From contig OY970325.1 in the NCBI GenBank assembly GCA_963717145.1, positions 2,624,001-2,688,000 on the forward strand: 64,000 nucleotides of DNA, given 5' to 3'. Source of the stretch: an uncultured Armatimonadetes bacterium (GTDB lineage: Bacteria; Armatimonadota; UBA5829; DTJY01). Below are positions 60,555-64,000 of this stretch, piece after piece. A model generated the notes under the pieces. That model was not told the origin of the DNA. It saw only the letters and a list, made by a program, of their open reading frames with translations, and ran no database searches. Made by a program: the position numbers and the translations under genes. Positions within the stretch are counted from its first letter, which is position 1. Each line of letters opens with the position of its first letter.

Positions 60555-60886
60555 GGAGATGCTCCTGCGAGAACTGTATGGAATGCGCCGGCAGTCCCTT
60601 GCCGGCGTGGCATCGGTGTTCGCTTGGTTCGGCCTCCGATTACGTTGGAAATGCTGCCCGAGGTCGTGTGAGCAGTCTAGAGTGATTCAAGGATAGCACA
60701 AGCAGCCGGAAAAGGCAAGCCCTTCTCGCGGTGGTTTTTCACAATTTCGGCATGAATAGTTCACAGTTATGCTTTCCCTGTAGTGGCCGTGCCTCAGTGC
60801 CGGCCATGTGACGTTGAAGGCCGGCACTGAGGCACGGCCACTACAGGCCTCTACTCTAGTCGGTGGCCGGCACTGAGGCACGGCCA

Positions 60887-61898
60887 CTACCTCCTCCTGA
60901 GGAGTCTCATCCCGGCGACCACGATAACTATCCCCTGAATGAGGGTCACGATCTCCTTGGGCGTGTCGGTCACGATCTGCATCCCGAGCGCGCCGTTCTT
61001 CAGCGCCCCAAAGAGCAGCGCGGAGAGCATAGTGCCGAGCGCGGTCGAGCCCCCGAGAAACGCCACCGCGATGCTGTCGAATCCGTAGCCCGGCGAGAAC
61101 TGATCGTAGAACTTGTGGTGCACGCCCATGACCTCGACCGCACCGGCGATCCCTGCCAGCGCACCGCTCATCAACATGGCGTTCACGATCATCCCGGGTA
61201 CACCGATGCCGGCGGTCCGGGCGGCATCCGGGTTCAGTCCGACCGCCTTCATCTCGAATCCGAGCACGCTCCTCGACATCAGCACCCGGAAGCCGATCAC
61301 CGCCAGCAGTGCGACCAGGATGCCCCAGTGCAGGCCCGACGACTCGGCCAAGACCCCGAGCCACGCTGTCGACGTGGATCTCCGGCGTCCGAGGCGCCAT
61401 GGAGGCGGGGTCCTTCATGCGGTTGGTCACCAGGAAGTGGATGAGGTAGAAGGCCGTGTAATTCAGCATGATGGTGGTGATGACCTCGTGCACGCCCCGC
61501 CTGGCCTTGAGGATTCCCGGAACGAGCGCCCAGAGCGCCCCACCGGCGGCTCCGGCTGCATGACATAGAGGAATATGGATGGCCGTGGGTAGATCGACCG
61601 CATACCCGATCCACGCGGCCGCCAGTGCTCCGACAAGCAGTTGTCCCTCAGCGCCGATGTTGAACAGCCCCGCGCGGAGTCCGAGCGCGACGGCGAGTCC
61701 GGTGAGCGTCAGAGGAATCGCCTTCACGATCGTTTCCCCGACGGCCGTGCCGCTTCCAAATGCCGATGAAAACATCGCCGAGAACGATTCCGACGGGCTG
61801 CCGTGGGAGAGCACGACCGCAAGCGCGGCGGCTCCGAATCCGACCCCGAGAGCGATCACAGGGACGACCAGGCTCCGTGCAAAGTCGCGCAGTCTCAT
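60887..61898 (-). CDS. ABC transporter permease, nucleoside/sugar type (frameshift ~61370)
   Basis: GLFNIGAEGQ, HEVITTIMLNY, G.E..AVG.N..AA..AGI, GYGFDSIAVA.LG. Confidence 0.88.
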
Positions 61899-63466
61899 CT
61901 CGACGCCCCCAGCATCATCGAGCCGATGGTCTCCCTGTCGGCGTTGGCGCGGTCCACAATGCCGACGATTCGCCCCTGGAACATCACCATTACGCGGTCG
62001 GAGAGCGAGAGGACCTCGTCAAGATCGTACGATATGAGCAGTATGCCCATCCCCTGCGACCGAGCCTCCATCAGCCGGGAGTATACGTCCCCCGTAGCGC
62101 CGACATCGAGGCCACGGGTCGGCTGACAGGCGATCAGCAGTCTCGGATTGCCACTGAGCGCCCGGCCGAGCACCAGTTTCTGTTGGTTACCGCCGGAAAG
62201 GAATTCGGCCGGCATCTCCGGCCCTGAGGACTTAACATCGAAGCGCTCGATCAGATCGATCGAGTTGTCACGAGCGGCCGACAGGTCGAGCATCCCCCAG
62301 TTGGCGAACGGCCTCCGCCTGTGCGCGCCGAGGATCGCGTTCTCCTCGATCGAGTAGCCGTCCACGAGGGCGTCGCGCCTGGGATCCTCGGGGATGTATG
62401 CGATTCCGGCATCGAGCCGCCTGCGAACCGGGAGCCGCGCCAGGTCCTTGCCATCGAGCCGGATACCGCCCGTCGAGCGTCGCAGGCCGATCAGCGCCTC
62501 AGCCAGTTCCCGCTGTCCGTTGCCATCGACTCCGGCGACCCCGAGGATCTCCCCTGCCCTCACGTCGAAACTCACACCATCAATCGCGGGAAGTCCCTTG
62601 TCGCCCAGGACGGTGAGGTTCGACACACTCAGCATCCCGCGACCTCCCCCCCATCGTTGGGGATGGAGTTGGACTCCATCCCGGTCAGCCCGGGAGGGGA
62701 TGGAGTCCAACTCCATCCCCAACGATGGGGGGGAGGTTATCCGCTCTCCGATCATCAGGCGTGCGAGGTCATCGGCGGTCGTGCGGCTGGTCTCCATCGA
62801 GGCGATCTGTCTCCCCTGGCGAAGAACGGTCACGCGGTCGGAGTGCTCGATCACTTCGGCGAGTTTGTGAGTGATGACGATGACGCACATTCCGCTCTCC
62901 GCCATACCACGCAACATGGCGAAAAGGCTGTCGGATTCCTTAGGCGTCAGGACGCTCGTCGGTTCGTCGAGGATCAGGATGCGCACCTCGCGGTAGAGCG
63001 ACTTGAGGATCTCGGTCTTCTGCTGGGCGGAGACGGAGAGATCGGCGACCCTGACGCCGAGGTCGACTCCGAGCCCGAAGCGATCGCGGATGCGGGAGGC
63101 TCTCTCATTCGCCGCGCGGTAGTCGGTCCTGCCGAGCCTGGCCGGTTCCGCGCCGAGGATCATGTTTTCAAGGGCCGTAAATGCGGGCACGAGCATGAAC
63201 TGCTGGTGGACCATGCCGATGCCGTGGTCGATAGCGTCACGAGGCGATCGGATCTCGACCGACTGCCCGGAGAGGCGTATCTCACCCGAATCGGGGTGGT
63301 GCATACCGTAGAGGATGCTCATTAGGGTCGACTTGCCGGCGCCGTTCTCGCCAACGAGCGCGTGGACCTCCCCGAAGTCGATGGCGAAGTCGATGCCGTC
63401 GTTGGCGAGCACTCCGGGGAAGCTCTTCGTGATCCGGCGCATCTCTACGGCAGGCAGGGTTTCCAT
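61895..63466 (-). CDS. ABC transporter ATP-binding protein (CUT2, dual domain) with in-frame palindrome
   Basis: GENGAGKST, LDEPT, GVDGNGQ, LSGGNQQK, QPTRGLDVG. Confidence 0.93.
   Translation of the reverse strand: METLPAVEMRRITKSFPGVLANDGIDFAIDFGEVHALVGENGAGKSTLMSILYGMHHPDSGEIRLSGQSVEIRSPRDAIDHGIGMVHQQFMLVPAFTALENMILGAEPARLGRTDYRAANERASRIRDRFGLGVDLGVRVADLSVSAQQKTEILKSLYREVRILILDEPTSVLTPKESDSLFAMLRGMAESGMCVIVITHKLAEVIEHSDRVTVLRQGRQIASMETSRTTADDLARLMIGERITSPPSLGMELDSIPSRADRDGVQLHPQRWGGGRGMLSVSNLTVLGDKGLPAIDGVSFDVRAGEILGVAGVDGNGQRELAEALIGLRRSTGGIRLDGKDLARLPVRRRLDAGIAYIPEDPRRDALVDGYSIEENAILGAHRRRPFANWGMLDLSAARDNSIDLIERFDVKSSGPEMPAEFLSGGNQQKLVLGRALSGNPRLLIACQPTRGLDVGATGDVYSRLMEARSQGMGILLISYDLDEVLSLSDRVMVMFQGRIVGIVDRANADRETIGSMMLGASR
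62642..62737. repeat. 96-bp palindrome in frame in the ABC ATPase linker
   Basis: Same family as intergenic 29369-29437. Confidence 0.92.
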
Positions 63467-63645
63467 ATCCTACTCATACTCTTACTCATACTCATACTCC
63501 TTCCGCGAGAGGGGGCGAAGCATTGGCAATCCATTCGGATGTGGTTCGGCATACGGTGGGCCAATGCTTCGCCCCTACAGATAGGTTGTTGACTGCCGGC
63601 CATCCGCCGCCTATACTGACAACTGGCATGTCCGCAGGGGGAACC

Positions 63646-63719
63646 TCCTGTGTGGGAGGCGACTCCAGTCGGCGATGGCATCCTCCGCATCGCCGACTGG
63701 AGTCGCCTCCCACACAGGA
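63646..63719. repeat. REP-like palindrome (GTGGGAGGCGACTCCAGTCGGCGA)
   Basis: Perfect inverted arms. Confidence 0.85.
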
Positions 63720-63739
63720 AAGCATGAGCGAATGGTGAG

Positions 63740-64000
63740 ATGAATCCTGCGATCGAGAGAATCAGAGACGTGACGCGCGGCACGGAGTACGAGGGGCGGC
63801 TGCACCTCGTGGGCGGGATCGTGCGCGACAAGGTCATGGGCCGGCCACCGACCGAGGATGTGGACATCGTCCTGGAAGGCGACGCCCTCGAGTTCGCGCG
63901 CTTCCTCCACACCCAGGGCATCACCGAGCATCGCCCGGTCACCTATCCGCGCTTCGGCACGGCTATGGTCACGATCGGCGGCCAGACGATCGAGCTGGTC
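63740..64000 (+). CDS. CCA tRNA nucleotidyltransferase / poly(A) polymerase family, 5' part only
   Basis: LVGGIVRD..MGR...DVDIV.EGDA..FA...YPRFGTA; runs off the window end. Confidence 0.85.
   Translation, partial: MNPAIERIRDVTRGTEYEGRLHLVGGIVRDKVMGRPPTEDVDIVLEGDALEFARFLHTQGITEHRPVTYPRFGTAMVTIGGQTIELV

Noticed and set aside
1-64000. tRNA, rRNA, prophage or reverse-transcriptase systems
   Set aside because: No recognisable sequence or motif seen by eye; no covariance search was possible.

Overview
High-GC bacterial chromosomal window. The gene families suggest an Armatimonadota-like lineage (inference, not proven). At least nine otherwise conserved genes carry 1-2 nt frameshifts, most likely long-read indel errors. 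Housekeeping and metabolic content: a PAS/PP2C phosphatase, MNT-HEPN and orphan HicB toxin-antitoxin genes, DegT aminotransferase, LVIVD surface protein, Hyi, heparinase II/III, MttB, RqcH, larE-larB-larC, ApbE, a MarR-iscU-nfu-cysE operon, two amidases with lectin-type propellers, HAD/SGNH hydrolases, a gdh / glnA-glnR-glnA nitrogen cluster, an RRM protein, a V4R histidine kinase, an ABC transporter and the start of a CCA-adding enzyme. Mobile DNA: two near-identical 1362-bp rve-type IS copies with 5-bp TSDs, one 1500-bp IS66 with an 8-bp TSD, and about ten families of REP-like palindromes, several lying in frame inside genes. Best candidates for new biology: (i) two paralogous, probably exported proteins with a conserved RiPP-like leader and Gly/Cys motif, coupled to a radical SAM/SPASM enzyme (22.5-25.2 kb); (ii) both IS copies sitting immediately upstream of a predicted -35 promoter box; (iii) palindromes inserted in frame into proteins; (iv) a ~180-nt rod-like RNA candidate and an actinobacterial-type GlnR box in the nitrogen cluster; (v) a helically phased 21-bp array upstream of an FN3-like gene.
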